A stretch of 40,785 nucleotides of DNA from Emticicia sp. (GCA_046291385.1 JBKBSS010000001.1:1-40785); one strand, 5' to 3'; numbered from the stretch's first letter, positions 8,391 through 17,225 are shown. Translations and numbers: made by a program. Notes: generated by a model not told the origin, from the letters alone.

Positions 8391-8924
8391 ATGCACCGAA
8401 AAATAATACTTGATTTGCTCGAAAAGTATTCTCCGATTGATGAAAACGAGTTGAAAATGAGAAACGAAACGATTGAGTTTGTGAAAGCAAATGAAGATTG
8501 TTTCAAGCGTGAATTATTGATTGGCCACGTGACAGGCTCGGCTTGGATTGTCAACGATGCTCGAACGCACGTTTTGATGATGCACCACCGAAAACTCAAT
8601 CAATGGTTTCAGCCTGGCGGACATTGCGACGGCGACCCTGATGTTTTGAATGTTGCGTTGAAAGAAGCCAACGAAGAAACTGGACTTGAAAATTTGAAAG
8701 TGGTGAATGGCGAAATTTATGATGTGGATGTGCATCAGATTCCAGAACGAAAAGGTGTGCCAGCACATTATCATTACGATGTTCGTTTTTTGATTGAAGC
8801 CGATATGAACGAGCCATTAATCGTCACCGAAGAATCAAATGATTTAGCGTGGGTTTCGCTCGAAAAAATTGCCGAACACAATGATTCTGAATCTATTATG
8901 CGTATGGCGAGAAAAATGAAATAA
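8391..8924 (+). CDS. NUDIX hydrolase
   Basis: Nudix box GGHCDGD...ALKEANEETGL; HVTGSAW; HYHYDVRF. Confidence 0.9.
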   Translation: MHRKIILDLLEKYSPIDENELKMRNETIEFVKANEDCFKRELLIGHVTGSAWIVNDARTHVLMMHHRKLNQWFQPGGHCDGDPDVLNVALKEANEETGLENLKVVNGEIYDVDVHQIPERKGVPAHYHYDVRFLIEADMNEPLIVTEESNDLAWVSLEKIAEHNDSESIMRMARKMK

Positions 8925-8929
8925 TTTAG

Positions 8930-8978
8930 AAACCTGTGAGGTTTTGAACGGTGCGACGATTCGCAACCTCACAGGTTT
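8930..8978. repeat. 33-bp-type palindrome with a 16-nt GC-rich insert, between convergent genes
   Basis: aaacctgtgaggttttgaa[cggtgcgacgattcgc]aacctcacaggttt. Removing 8949-8964 gives a perfect 16+1+16 palindrome. Confidence 0.8.
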
Positions 8979-8987
8979 TAAGGAGTT

Positions 8988-10619
8988 TTATCGAATGATT
9001 TTAGTCGAATATTTTAGGTTTTCGGCAGTTACTTTCAAAATTACATTGGAAAGTGGTAAATCATTGATGTCTGGAAGTGTGATTTTACTTTCTTTGCTAC
9101 TCAAAGTCCACAACGTTTTTCCTGTCAAATCAGTTATCGAATATTCAAAATTTGTGCCTGCATCATTTTTCAACACCCAAACTTTTGTACTCGAACCATC
9201 ATTGATTGGGTTCGGAAAAACTATCACTTCTTGTCCCGATTTTTTTAATTCATTTATCAAAGATTCTAATTCTGCCAATTCGTAAGCCTTATCAAAATTC
9301 GGAATTCCGAAACCAACTCTGTTGTCAGGGTTTGTGTATTGGCTTGCTGAGCGAATCAAATATTCTCTTACTTGCATATTAGTTAAAGTGGGAAATGCTT
9401 GCCAAAAACTTGCGGCAAAACCTGCCAATAATGGCGAAGAAAACGATGTGCCATTGCCCGCTCCGATAGCTCCATTTGTATTTCCAATGACAGTTCCTAC
9501 TCCTTGTGCCGAAAGTTCTGGTTTTACCCTGCCATCAGCCGATGGGCCGAATGAACTAAACGATGCAATATTTTGCGTGCCAGTAACTGCCCCAACCGCA
9601 ATAATTGAATCGGCATCGGCGGGTGTACCCACATATTTCCAACTTCCGCTGCCTTCATTTCCTGCCGAAGCTACGACCAAAATTCCAGCTTGTGCTGCCC
9701 AATCTGCCGCACGAGTAGCCAAAGCACGGTCGCCGTTCATATCGGTATATTTATAATCTTGGACTGGATTATCGAAAGTTGTATAGCCCAGTGAAGTATT
9801 GATTACGTCAACGCCCACACTATCAGCCATTTCGGCACCGAAAAGCCAGTTGGCTTCTTCTCTTTTTGTTTCTGAGGCAACATCTTCGGTCGTTAATAAT
9901 AAATAACTTGCTTTGTGGGCCGTTCCTACAATTCTACCATTTTCAAAAGCCGCCATGCACGACAAAACGTTCGTTCCGTGGCTGTGGTCGTTATAAACAT
10001 TTGTTTCATTATTTACAAAATCCCAAGTACCGATAACTCTTTTATCATTAAACAAATCATTGAAAAAGGTCAATCTGTTGGCATTCAAAAAACCAGAATC
10101 TAAAACTCCAATTAGCATTCCTTCACCACGATAGCCTTTGGTGTGCATTTTATCCGCACCGAGCATGGCAAGTTGCGTTTGAGAAAGTCCGTTATCTAAA
10201 ACGCCTTCATTACCAAATTTATCTTTTGTTTTTGCAGTTTGACTTTCCGCATTCAATCGAGTATTTCTAATATCTCCTGTTCCTTCTAAGCCTCGAACAA
10301 ACGAAAGATTCAAAATTTTTGTCAAAGTCGTGGCATCGGTTTGAACTAAAGCACCATTTATCCAACGAGATTTGTATAAGATTTTTGCTCCAGTTTTTGA
10401 AATTTCTGACAAATAATTGGGGTTAGGAGGGAGGTCTCGCTCAGTAATGGCTATTTTTTGATTTTCACGGCGTTTAATTGAGCGGTCAGAAAGAAACTCT
10501 TTTGGGCGTGAAACTGAATACGGTGAATTTGCTTTGTCTTTAAAAAGTACAAAGTATTGATTTTGGGCGAAGGTTGTGAAGGAGGTAAATATGAGTAAAC
10601 TGAGTATAAGACGTTTCAT
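8988..10619 (-). CDS. S8 subtilisin-like serine peptidase with probable T9SS C-terminal sorting domain
   Basis: Catalytic triad GVLDSG, HGT, GTSFS; C-terminal VFPNP...I.DLTGK...KIIR. Confidence 0.9.
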   Translation of the reverse strand: MKRLILSLLIFTSFTTFAQNQYFVLFKDKANSPYSVSRPKEFLSDRSIKRRENQKIAITERDLPPNPNYLSEISKTGAKILYKSRWINGALVQTDATTLTKILNLSFVRGLEGTGDIRNTRLNAESQTAKTKDKFGNEGVLDNGLSQTQLAMLGADKMHTKGYRGEGMLIGVLDSGFLNANRLTFFNDLFNDKRVIGTWDFVNNETNVYNDHSHGTNVLSCMAAFENGRIVGTAHKASYLLLTTEDVASETKREEANWLFGAEMADSVGVDVINTSLGYTTFDNPVQDYKYTDMNGDRALATRAADWAAQAGILVVASAGNEGSGSWKYVGTPADADSIIAVGAVTGTQNIASFSSFGPSADGRVKPELSAQGVGTVIGNTNGAIGAGNGTSFSSPLLAGFAASFWQAFPTLTNMQVREYLIRSASQYTNPDNRVGFGIPNFDKAYELAELESLINELKKSGQEVIVFPNPINDGSSTKVWVLKNDAGTNFEYSITDLTGKTLWTLSSKESKITLPDINDLPLSNVILKVTAENLKYSTKIIR

Positions 10620-10681
10620 AAGCTAATGGTAAAGGTTTCAATGTATAACGAAATAAAAGTTGAAATCTTTTATCAAAAAAC

Positions 10682-10719
10682 GAAAGGCTACCTAATATTT
10701 TGAATTTAAGTAGCCTTTC
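10682..10719. terminator. Probable terminator hairpin downstream of mnmA
   Basis: gaaaggctac / gtagcctttc inverted repeat, followed by a T-run on the minus strand. Confidence 0.6.
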
Positions 10720-10731
10720 TTTATTTATGAT

Positions 10732-10766
10732 TGCGAAGTGGAACCGTCCGACGGCTCGCCCCGCAG
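10732..10766 (-). repeat. REP-like palindrome containing a CCGTCCGACGG insert
   Basis: Minus strand reads tgcggggcga[gccgtcggacgg]ttccacttcgca; related to 5245-5284 and 37895-37932. Confidence 0.6.
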
Positions 10767-10767
10767 T

Positions 10768-11904
10768 TTAGATTGATGCTTGTGCTTGTTCAAAAACAGA
10801 ATTTTGATTGAAACTTTTCAATATCCAACCGCCGCCCACAACATCATCTCCTTCATAGAAAACTGCTGCTTGGCCTGGAGCGATTCCGCTGACGGGTTCG
10901 TTGAAAATCACTTTCATTTTATCACCTTCTTGCGTGATTGTGGCTGGCGAACCGTCGTGTTTGTATCTGATTTTGGTATTTGTTTCCAAACTCATACCAT
11001 TCAAATCGGCGTATTTTTGCATAACGATTTTGCCAACCATCATACCATCTTTATCCAAAGATTTTTCGTGACCCAGCACAACCTCGTTAGTATCTTTTCT
11101 GATTTCGGTTACAAACATCGGTGTTCCGAAAGCAATTCCGAGACCTTTTCTTTGTCCAATCGTATAAAAAGGATAACCTTCGTGCTTGCCGACTACTTTT
11201 CCATCTTCCAAAACAAAATTTCCGCCTTTTACTCTTTCTTCCAAACCTTCAACTCGGCGTTTCAAGAAACCTCGGTAATCGTTATCTGGTACAAAACATA
11301 TTTCGTAAGATTCTTTTTTATTGACCAAATCATAAAATTCTTTTTGCGTTGCCATTTCTCGAATTTCTGATTTTTTTAAATATCCTAAAGGTAATTTTGT
11401 CCGAGCCAAGCTTTCTTGCGAAACACCCCAAAGTACATAACTTTGGTCTTTCCAAGTATCAGTTCCTTTCGAGATAATGTATCTTGAGTTCTCTTCACGC
11501 ACGTTGGCGTAGTGTCCAGTTGCTATAAATTCGCAATCAAGTTTATCGGCACGGCGAAGCAATGAGTCCCATTTGATGTGCGTATTACATAATACGCATG
11601 GATTTGGTGTGCGACCTTCCAAATATTCGCCAGTGAAGTGGTCGATTACGTAATCGCCAAATTCTTCACGAATGTCCAATATATAATGTGGGAAACCTAA
11701 ATTTACGGCAATGTTTCGGGCGTCGTTGATGGAGTCGAGGCTGCAACATCCAGTTTCTTTTTTACTGCCGCCCGATGAAGCATAATCCCATGTTTTCATG
11801 GTCATGCCAATAACTTCGTAGCCTTCTTCGTGGAGCATTACTGCTGCCAAAGAACTGTCGATGCCGCCGCTCATGGCGACTAAAATTCTTCCGTGTTTGC
11901 TCAT
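10768..11904 (-). CDS. mnmA: tRNA 2-thiouridine(34) synthase
   Basis: AMSGGIDSS, TPNPCVLCN, ATGHYA, KDQSY, YTIGQRKGLG and APGQAAVFY motifs. Confidence 0.97.
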   Translation of the reverse strand: MSKHGRILVAMSGGIDSSLAAVMLHEEGYEVIGMTMKTWDYASSGGSKKETGCCSLDSINDARNIAVNLGFPHYILDIREEFGDYVIDHFTGEYLEGRTPNPCVLCNTHIKWDSLLRRADKLDCEFIATGHYANVREENSRYIISKGTDTWKDQSYVLWGVSQESLARTKLPLGYLKKSEIREMATQKEFYDLVNKKESYEICFVPDNDYRGFLKRRVEGLEERVKGGNFVLEDGKVVGKHEGYPFYTIGQRKGLGIAFGTPMFVTEIRKDTNEVVLGHEKSLDKDGMMVGKIVMQKYADLNGMSLETNTKIRYKHDGSPATITQEGDKMKVIFNEPVSGIAPGQAAVFYEGDDVVGGGWILKSFNQNSVFEQAQASI

Positions 11905-11987
11905 TTTGTTTACTGCGTTGGTTCAAAGCCAACCGTTTTAGTGCTTTCGCACAATTAAGAATTAAGAATGTAGAATTGTTTATTCTG

Positions 11988-11995
11988 CAAAATTA
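11988..11995 (-). promoter_or_regulatory. -7 promoter element for mnmA
   Basis: TAATTTTG on the minus strand matches the Bacteroidota TAnnTTTG consensus. Confidence 0.5.
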
Positions 11996-12054
11996 CTCAA
12001 CAGAATTTGATTATGAATAGTTCTGAGGTAATTTTGAGCCAAAGAATTAGAATT

Positions 12055-12118
12055 GAACTTCGACTTCGCTCAGTTACCGACTTCAACTTCATTTGGTAAC
12101 TGAGCGGAGTCAAAGTTC
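12055..12118. repeat. Inverted pair of uninterrupted TGAGCGRAGTCGAA-family REPs
   Basis: gaacttcgacttcgctcagttacc (12055-12078) and ggtaactgagcggagtcaaagttc (12095-12118). Confidence 0.8.
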
Positions 12119-12141
12119 CGAAATCGTAAATTATATAGGTA

Positions 12142-12744
12142 ATGTCATTAAAAACACTCGTAAAAGTAAGTAATATAACCAATTTGTCGGATGCACGTTA
12201 TTGTGCGGGTATGGGCGTGGAAATGATTGGTTTTGTGATGGATAAATTTTCGGCTGATTATACTTCACCCGAAAAAATGAAAGAAATAAAATCTTGGGTG
12301 GCAGGTGTGCAGATTGTTGGAGAAACCCAAAGTGCTGAATATGAAGAAGTAAAGGCTTTGGTTGAGGCTTATGAAATTGATGTTTTACAAATTTCAGAAG
12401 CTGGACTTTTGCCACAAGTTGCCGATTTGGGGAAACCAATTATCTTGAAACTCGAATTTGAGAGTGCTTACCTTGAAGATTATTTAGAGCGATATTCACA
12501 ATTTGTAGAATTCTTTTTGGTAGATGGGGGGGATTTCTCAGATTTTGCTCGTTATACGCTTAAAGAATATTCGGTCAATTATCCAATAGTTTTAGATTTT
12601 GGAATCACTGCCGAAAATGTAAATGAACTTCTCGAAGAAATGCAAATCAAAGGAATTGCATTGAAAGGAAGCAACGAAATTCGCCCAGGTTATAAAGATT
12701 ATGACGAATTGAGCGAAATTCTGGAGGTTTTGGAAGAAGATTGA
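12142..12744 (+). CDS. TrpF (phosphoribosylanthranilate isomerase)-fold protein, divergent
   Basis: N-terminal VKVSNITNLSDA...G.EMIGF resembles TrpF VKICGIT...G.D.LGF, but the catalytic Cys and phosphate-binding motifs are altered. Confidence 0.7.
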   Translation: MSLKTLVKVSNITNLSDARYCAGMGVEMIGFVMDKFSADYTSPEKMKEIKSWVAGVQIVGETQSAEYEEVKALVEAYEIDVLQISEAGLLPQVADLGKPIILKLEFESAYLEDYLERYSQFVEFFLVDGGDFSDFARYTLKEYSVNYPIVLDFGITAENVNELLEEMQIKGIALKGSNEIRPGYKDYDELSEILEVLEED

Positions 12745-12909
12745 TGCTTTCGTAATTTTTTTGTAAATTGTTGAAGCTTGTTTTCTTTCATTAAATTTCA
12801 ACAATTTGCAAAACCTTCAACCATTCCAACCCCAAAATCCACCATTCCTACATTTAGTTTTTCAAAATCCTCATCAAAAAAATCCCTTTGACATTATTTT
12901 TTTCCATTC

Positions 12910-12953
12910 ATGTAGTTTGCATTACATAGTACCGTCTTTAGCCTATATCTTTG
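12910..12953 (+). promoter_or_regulatory. Promoter of the PspC cluster with an upstream palindrome
   Basis: TATCTTTG at 12946-12953 and ATGTA-N8-TACAT at 12910-12927. Confidence 0.5.
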
Positions 12954-12965
12954 TTTCATAATCTC

Positions 12966-13031
12966 ACCCCCCGCCCCTAAAGGGGAGTGAAAAAACAACT
13001 AAAACAAAATTCCCCTTTAGGGGTTAGGGGT
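12966..13031. repeat. Inverted pair of CCCCTAAAGGGG REP-like repeats
   Basis: accccccgcccctaaaggggag ... ttcccctttaggggttaggggt. Confidence 0.75.
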
Positions 13032-13042
13032 AACATAAGACA

Positions 13043-13264
13043 ATGGAAAAGCGACTTTTTAGAATTAAATCAAACAAAATGATTGGTGGTGTAGCGGCTG
13101 GTTTAGCTGAGTATTTCAATCTCGATGTAACACTCGTACGTGTATTGTTGGTAGTAGCATTTTTTGCTCCGATTCCTGCAATTATCCCATACATTGTTCT
13201 CTGGATTGTGATGCCAACCAAAGAATCTCAAATGACAACTGTTAATTATACACCAGTAAATTGA
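13043..13264 (+). CDS. PspC domain protein
   Basis: KRLFR...KMIGGVAAGLAEYFNLDVTLVR...YIVLWIVMP. Confidence 0.92.
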   Translation: MEKRLFRIKSNKMIGGVAAGLAEYFNLDVTLVRVLLVVAFFAPIPAIIPYIVLWIVMPTKESQMTTVNYTPVN

Positions 13265-13272
13265 CAACCTCA

Positions 13273-13305
13273 AAGGAAGACTTCCCTCTAAGGGAAGTCT
13301 TCCTT
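13273..13305. repeat. Perfect 15-bp hairpin between the two pspC genes
   Basis: aaggaagacttccct-cta-agggaagtcttcctt. Confidence 0.7.
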
Positions 13306-13324
13306 AAAATAGAATATTAAAAAT

Positions 13325-13819
13325 ATGGAAAAGAAATTATATAGAATCAAAAACCGTCAGGCGATGCTCGGTGGAGTTTCGCAAGGTTTATCCGAATATT
13401 TTAATATGGATGTTACTCTAATTCGAGTAGTTTTTGTATTATTGTTTTTTACTCCTGTACCCGCATTTTTTGCCTACTTTATTTTGTGGGTAGTTTTACC
13501 CGTGAAATACGATTATGGTTTTGCTGGAGTAGGAGACTCGCAAGCGTTTAATTCAACTAATGATATTAATTCTCAAACTTCAAACTTTACTCTTATGAGC
13601 AGTCACAATCAAAAAAACAATTTAGTAGGTGGTGCCGTACTTATTATCTTGGGTATTATTTTTTCGTTCAAGACATTTTTTCACATCAACTTATTCCGTT
13701 ACATCGGTCAAATGTGGCCTTTGATTTTGATTGGTATTGGCGTTTGGCTCATCATTAGAGATAGAAAAGACGATAATTTTACCAATTTTACGAATAACGA
13801 TAGTTCTTCAAGTTTGTAA
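13325..13819 (+). CDS. PspC domain plus LiaF/DUF5668-like transmembrane domain protein
   Basis: N-terminal PspC motif; C-terminal GAVLIILGIIF...WPLILIGIG. Confidence 0.85.
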   Translation: MEKKLYRIKNRQAMLGGVSQGLSEYFNMDVTLIRVVFVLLFFTPVPAFFAYFILWVVLPVKYDYGFAGVGDSQAFNSTNDINSQTSNFTLMSSHNQKNNLVGGAVLIILGIIFSFKTFFHINLFRYIGQMWPLILIGIGVWLIIRDRKDDNFTNFTNNDSSSSL

Positions 13820-13830
13820 AATAAACATAT

Positions 13831-13866
13831 AAATCCTGTAAGATTTCAAACAACTTGCAGGATTTT
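13831..13866. repeat. Degenerate palindrome or terminator-like hairpin
   Basis: aaatcctgtaag ... cttgcaggattt followed by a T-run. Confidence 0.5.
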
Positions 13867-13903
13867 TTATTTCAAATCACAATTTTTTAATCAAAATAAA
13901 AGT

Positions 13904-14896
13904 ATGGAACGTAAAAGTAATATTTTCTGGGGAGTGATACTTATCGTGTTGGGCTTCCTGTTTCTCGGTACAAATCTTGATTGGTTTGAGTTAAACTGGT
14001 CATTCCGAAAAATCGCTCAATTTTGGCCAATTATGCTGATTTTGGCTGGCGTTGCTGCATTTTTTAATCAGAAAAAGAGTATTTATAATGCTACTTCGGC
14101 ACTTTTGATTGCCTTTGCAATTCCGCTCGGAATCTTTACGTGTGTGGATGATGGTGTAAAAGAAATCAAAGACGAAATCAGCGATGGAATAAATATCGAC
14201 ATTGATGACGACGATGATAATTATTCATCGAATTCTGATACAACAACTGGCGATAGAAACAAGCAATATTTTGCCGTAGAAATGTCTCCAGAGGTTAAAG
14301 AAGCGACTTTGAAACTCGGCGGTGGAGCAGCCGAATTTGATTTAGAAGAATCGCCAAACCGACTTTTTGAAGCTACAACTTTACTAAGTTTCAAAACTGG
14401 CTATACTTTGGAAGAAGAAACCATTGCTGGAAGTAAGGTAATCAACTTTTCGATGAAAGATAAGAAAGGCAAAGATTTTAATTTTGGTGATGATAATAAG
14501 ATTGATAATGATGTATTATTGAAATTAAGCACCGCACCCGTTTGGAATATTGACATGGGAATCGGTGCGGGTGAATTGGATTTTGATTTTACCAATTACA
14601 AAGTGAAAAAACTTGACATCGAAACAGGTGCGGCTTCAATTGATATAAAATTGGGCGATAAACAAGATAAAGTTGATGTCGATATTGAGTCGGGTGTGGC
14701 AAGTGTAAAAATCAAAGTTCCTGAAAGCGTTGGTTGTGAAATCAAGATGGACGGTGCATTAAATGCCAAAGATTTTGATAATTTTGAGAAAATAAAAGAC
14801 GGACTTTGGCAAACAAAAGGTTTTGATAAAGCCACAAAAAAAATATACCTAAATGTCAATAGTGGACTTTCTTCTTTAAAAGTTGACCGTTATTGA
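13904..14896 (+). CDS. LiaF/DUF5668-like membrane protein with extracytoplasmic beta-helical (Toastrack-like) domain
   Basis: FWGVILIVLG...FWPIMLILAG transmembrane motif and repeated GAG/GAA/GVA turns. Confidence 0.7.
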   Translation: MERKSNIFWGVILIVLGFLFLGTNLDWFELNWSFRKIAQFWPIMLILAGVAAFFNQKKSIYNATSALLIAFAIPLGIFTCVDDGVKEIKDEISDGINIDIDDDDDNYSSNSDTTTGDRNKQYFAVEMSPEVKEATLKLGGGAAEFDLEESPNRLFEATTLLSFKTGYTLEEETIAGSKVINFSMKDKKGKDFNFGDDNKIDNDVLLKLSTAPVWNIDMGIGAGELDFDFTNYKVKKLDIETGAASIDIKLGDKQDKVDVDIESGVASVKIKVPESVGCEIKMDGALNAKDFDNFEKIKDGLWQTKGFDKATKKIYLNVNSGLSSLKVDRY

Positions 14897-14902
14897 TTTT
14901 TT

Positions 14903-14968
14903 AGTCTTCAGTTCGCAATTTTCAGTTGGCAGCCAAAAACGCCAACTGAAGACTGACGACTGAAGACT
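14903..14968. repeat. Inverted heptamer-based repeat
   Basis: agtcttcagt..ttttcagttggc / gccaactgaagactgacgactgaagact. Confidence 0.6.
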
Positions 14969-15022
14969 TAATTGTTTTTCTACTAAATCCTGTCAATTTT
15001 TTAATCCTATCAAATCTTAGTT

Positions 15023-15030
15023 TATATTTG
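15023..15030 (+). promoter_or_regulatory. -7 promoter element
   Basis: TATATTTG, 19 nt upstream of the ATG at 15050. Confidence 0.6.
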
Positions 15031-15049
15031 CAGAAAACCATTATTCTGC

Positions 15050-16240
15050 ATGAAAAAATACCTCTTCTTAGTAGTTTTTGCTTTAATTACTTCTTTTTCT
15101 GATGCCCAAATGCTCTCGACCGATGCAACGGTTAGCCTGCTTACAGTTGCTCCTGGGGCAGAATTATATTCAACTTTTGGGCATAGTGCCATCCGAATTC
15201 GTGACCCACGCCAAGGACTTGATTTTACTTTCAATTACGGTGCTTTTGATTTTCGCACGAAAGGTTTTTACGTAAAATTTTTGCGTGGAACGCTCCCTTA
15301 TCAAATCAGCGGAAACTATTTTGACAATGACATGGCTGGTTGGAGTCAAGATAACCGTGCAGTTATTGAGCAGGTTTTGAATCTTTCACAGACCCAAAAA
15401 CAAGGCGTTTATGATTTCTTGCAAAACAATTATTTACCCCAAAACCGTGAATATGCTTATAAATTCTTTTATGATAATTGTTCAACTCGCTTGCGAGACG
15501 TATTTAGAAGAGTTTGCAACGATAGTTTGCAGTTGAGTAAAACCTTGCACGCCGATAGTTCATATCGACAATGGATTGATTTATATGCTCGTAAAAACGA
15601 AAAACTTTGGGCAGATTTCGGAATGGATTTGGCCATTGGAGAACCTTCTGACGAAATGACTGGGGCAAATGGAGCAATGTTTTTGCCCGATAATTTGATG
15701 GATGCCTTCGATGTGGCCAAAATTAACCGTGATGGAAAATGGCAACCTTTGGTTTTATCGAAACAACTTATTAATCGTGATATGTTGGCAGTTGCTGATA
15801 AAGAAAAAGAGTTAATTACACCCAATATTTTGTTTTGGACATTGTTTTTACTCGTTTTAGGTTTCACCGCATTTCAATTCAAGAAAGAAAGCAAAAGTTT
15901 TCTCTTTGATAAAATCCTTTTTACAATTGCAGGTATTTTTGGTTGGTTTATCTTTTTGCTTTGGTTTTTTACCGACCACGGAGTAACCGAAAACAATCTG
16001 AATATTATCTGGACTTACCCATTTTTATTTCCGATTGCGTTATTTCTCAAAAAAGAAGGAAGCAGAGCATGGCTTTCAAAGCATTTCTTAGCTTACGGAA
16101 TAGTTTTGGTTTTCTTTTTAGCAGCTTGGAAATTTTTCCCGCAAGAAATCAATTATGCTTTAATTCCTGTGGTGTTGATGCTTTGTGTGCGAGCTTTTTT
16201 TGTTTGGTGGCGAATCAGAAAGAAATTGAGTTCGTTTTAA
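15050..16240 (+). CDS. DUF4105 membrane protein (lipoprotein N-acyltransferase Lnb-like)
   Basis: SLLT..PG.ELY..FGHSAIR, FNYG.FDF, Y.FFYDNC.TR motifs and C-terminal transmembrane helices. Confidence 0.8.
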   Translation: MKKYLFLVVFALITSFSDAQMLSTDATVSLLTVAPGAELYSTFGHSAIRIRDPRQGLDFTFNYGAFDFRTKGFYVKFLRGTLPYQISGNYFDNDMAGWSQDNRAVIEQVLNLSQTQKQGVYDFLQNNYLPQNREYAYKFFYDNCSTRLRDVFRRVCNDSLQLSKTLHADSSYRQWIDLYARKNEKLWADFGMDLAIGEPSDEMTGANGAMFLPDNLMDAFDVAKINRDGKWQPLVLSKQLINRDMLAVADKEKELITPNILFWTLFLLVLGFTAFQFKKESKSFLFDKILFTIAGIFGWFIFLLWFFTDHGVTENNLNIIWTYPFLFPIALFLKKEGSRAWLSKHFLAYGIVLVFFLAAWKFFPQEINYALIPVVLMLCVRAFFVWWRIRKKLSSF

Positions 16241-16241
16241 A

Positions 16242-16278
16242 AAAAGGAAGCCTTCGCTGATAGCGAAGGCTTCCTTTT
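16242..16278. terminator. Bidirectional terminator-like hairpin (same family as 25253-25286)
   Basis: aaaaggaagccttcgct-gat-agcgaaggcttcctttt between convergent genes. Confidence 0.75.
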
Positions 16279-16289
16279 ATATAGAAATT

Positions 16290-17018
16290 TCAAAATGATT
16301 GAAAAACCCGTAGTCGGTAGTTTTCAGTGATTTTTCTACTCCGAAACTGGTTAGAAACGACCGTAAATAACGGTTGTGCAACGGTCAATGCTGCCGCTAT
16401 TGGCCATTTATTATTTTGTAAAGGAGAAACTCCCCAAGCTGCCCATTCAAGAACTAAATAGCCAAATGGCGAGAAAGTTCGCCAGCCAAAACCAACTTTT
16501 TGTTTTGGTCTTTTATAAATTCGGGTTACTTCGTCGAGTTTTATTTCTACGGATTCATAACGATTGGTGGTTTCGTTGAGAGCCGTCACCACAAACGAAG
16601 AATCTTTTACTTCGTAAATGTCATCTTCAAAAACAAAGCCCTCTTTGGTTCTGAATCTCAGCAAATCGCCTACATAATACCTATTTCGTTGGTTTGAACG
16701 CAAGTTTTCAACAACCAAAAATTTCTCTTTATTAAACAAAGCAAGAGCCTTATTTCGGTCTTTTTTATAAAGAAGTTCTTCCACTGAATCTGCTTGTCGA
16801 TGATGGAAGTCTTGGGCGAAAGTATTGGTATAAATTAAGCCAATGCACAATAAAATACATTTAAAATTCATTGCCGTCTGTTTTAGCTGACGGACAAAAA
16901 GATAAACTAATAATATTGGCTTTAGCCCAAGTTTAAATGTGTTTTGGCTAAAGCCCAAGCGATGTGTTTCTTTTCTACCGTCAGCTAAAGCAGACGGCAA
17001 TGAATGTGATGGTATCAT
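16290..17018 (-). CDS. Hypothetical exported/membrane protein with the 5' end interrupted by a palindromic element (alternative start 16871)
   Basis: Signal-like MNFKCILLCIGLIYTNTFAQ begins at 16871. Codons 5-51 of the long ORF are the 138-bp element. Confidence 0.6.
   Translation of the reverse strand: MIPSHSLPSALADGRKETHRLGFSQNTFKLGLKPILLVYLFVRQLKQTAMNFKCILLCIGLIYTNTFAQDFHHRQADSVEELLYKKDRNKALALFNKEKFLVVENLRSNQRNRYYVGDLLRFRTKEGFVFEDDIYEVKDSSFVVTALNETTNRYESVEIKLDEVTRIYKRPKQKVGFGWRTFSPFGYLVLEWAAWGVSPLQNNKWPIAAALTVAQPLFTVVSNQFRSRKITENYRLRVFQSF
16867..17004. mobile_element. MITE/REPIN-like element, copy 1 (138 bp)
   Basis: 27-bp terminal inverted repeats ttcattgccgtctg(t/c)tttagctgacgg, internal ggctttagcc/ggctaaagcc palindromes, and a second copy at 28835-28976. 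Confidence 0.8.
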
Positions 17019-17060
17019 TAAATTTCTTAAAATAATTCAAGTTGTAACCTTCAAAAAATG

Positions 17061-17175
17061 GAACTGCTGCGGCGGACCGTGCAGATGACGCAGATTTGGT
17101 TAATTTTTACTGATAAAAATAAGATTTTATTTAAAAATCAGTGTAAATCTGTAAAAATCAGCGTCATCAGCGTTC
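17061..17175. repeat. Inverted GAACGCWGATGACGCWGATTT pair; the left arm carries a 16-nt insert
   Basis: gaac[tgctgcggcggaccgt]gcagatgacgcagattt versus the reverse complement of 17155-17175, gaacgctgatgacgctgattt (19/21 after removing the insert). Confidence 0.75.
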
Positions 17176-17225
17176 TAATTTTACGATGAATTTTATTGGC
17201 TACAGCTTACGTTAAAATATCATCA

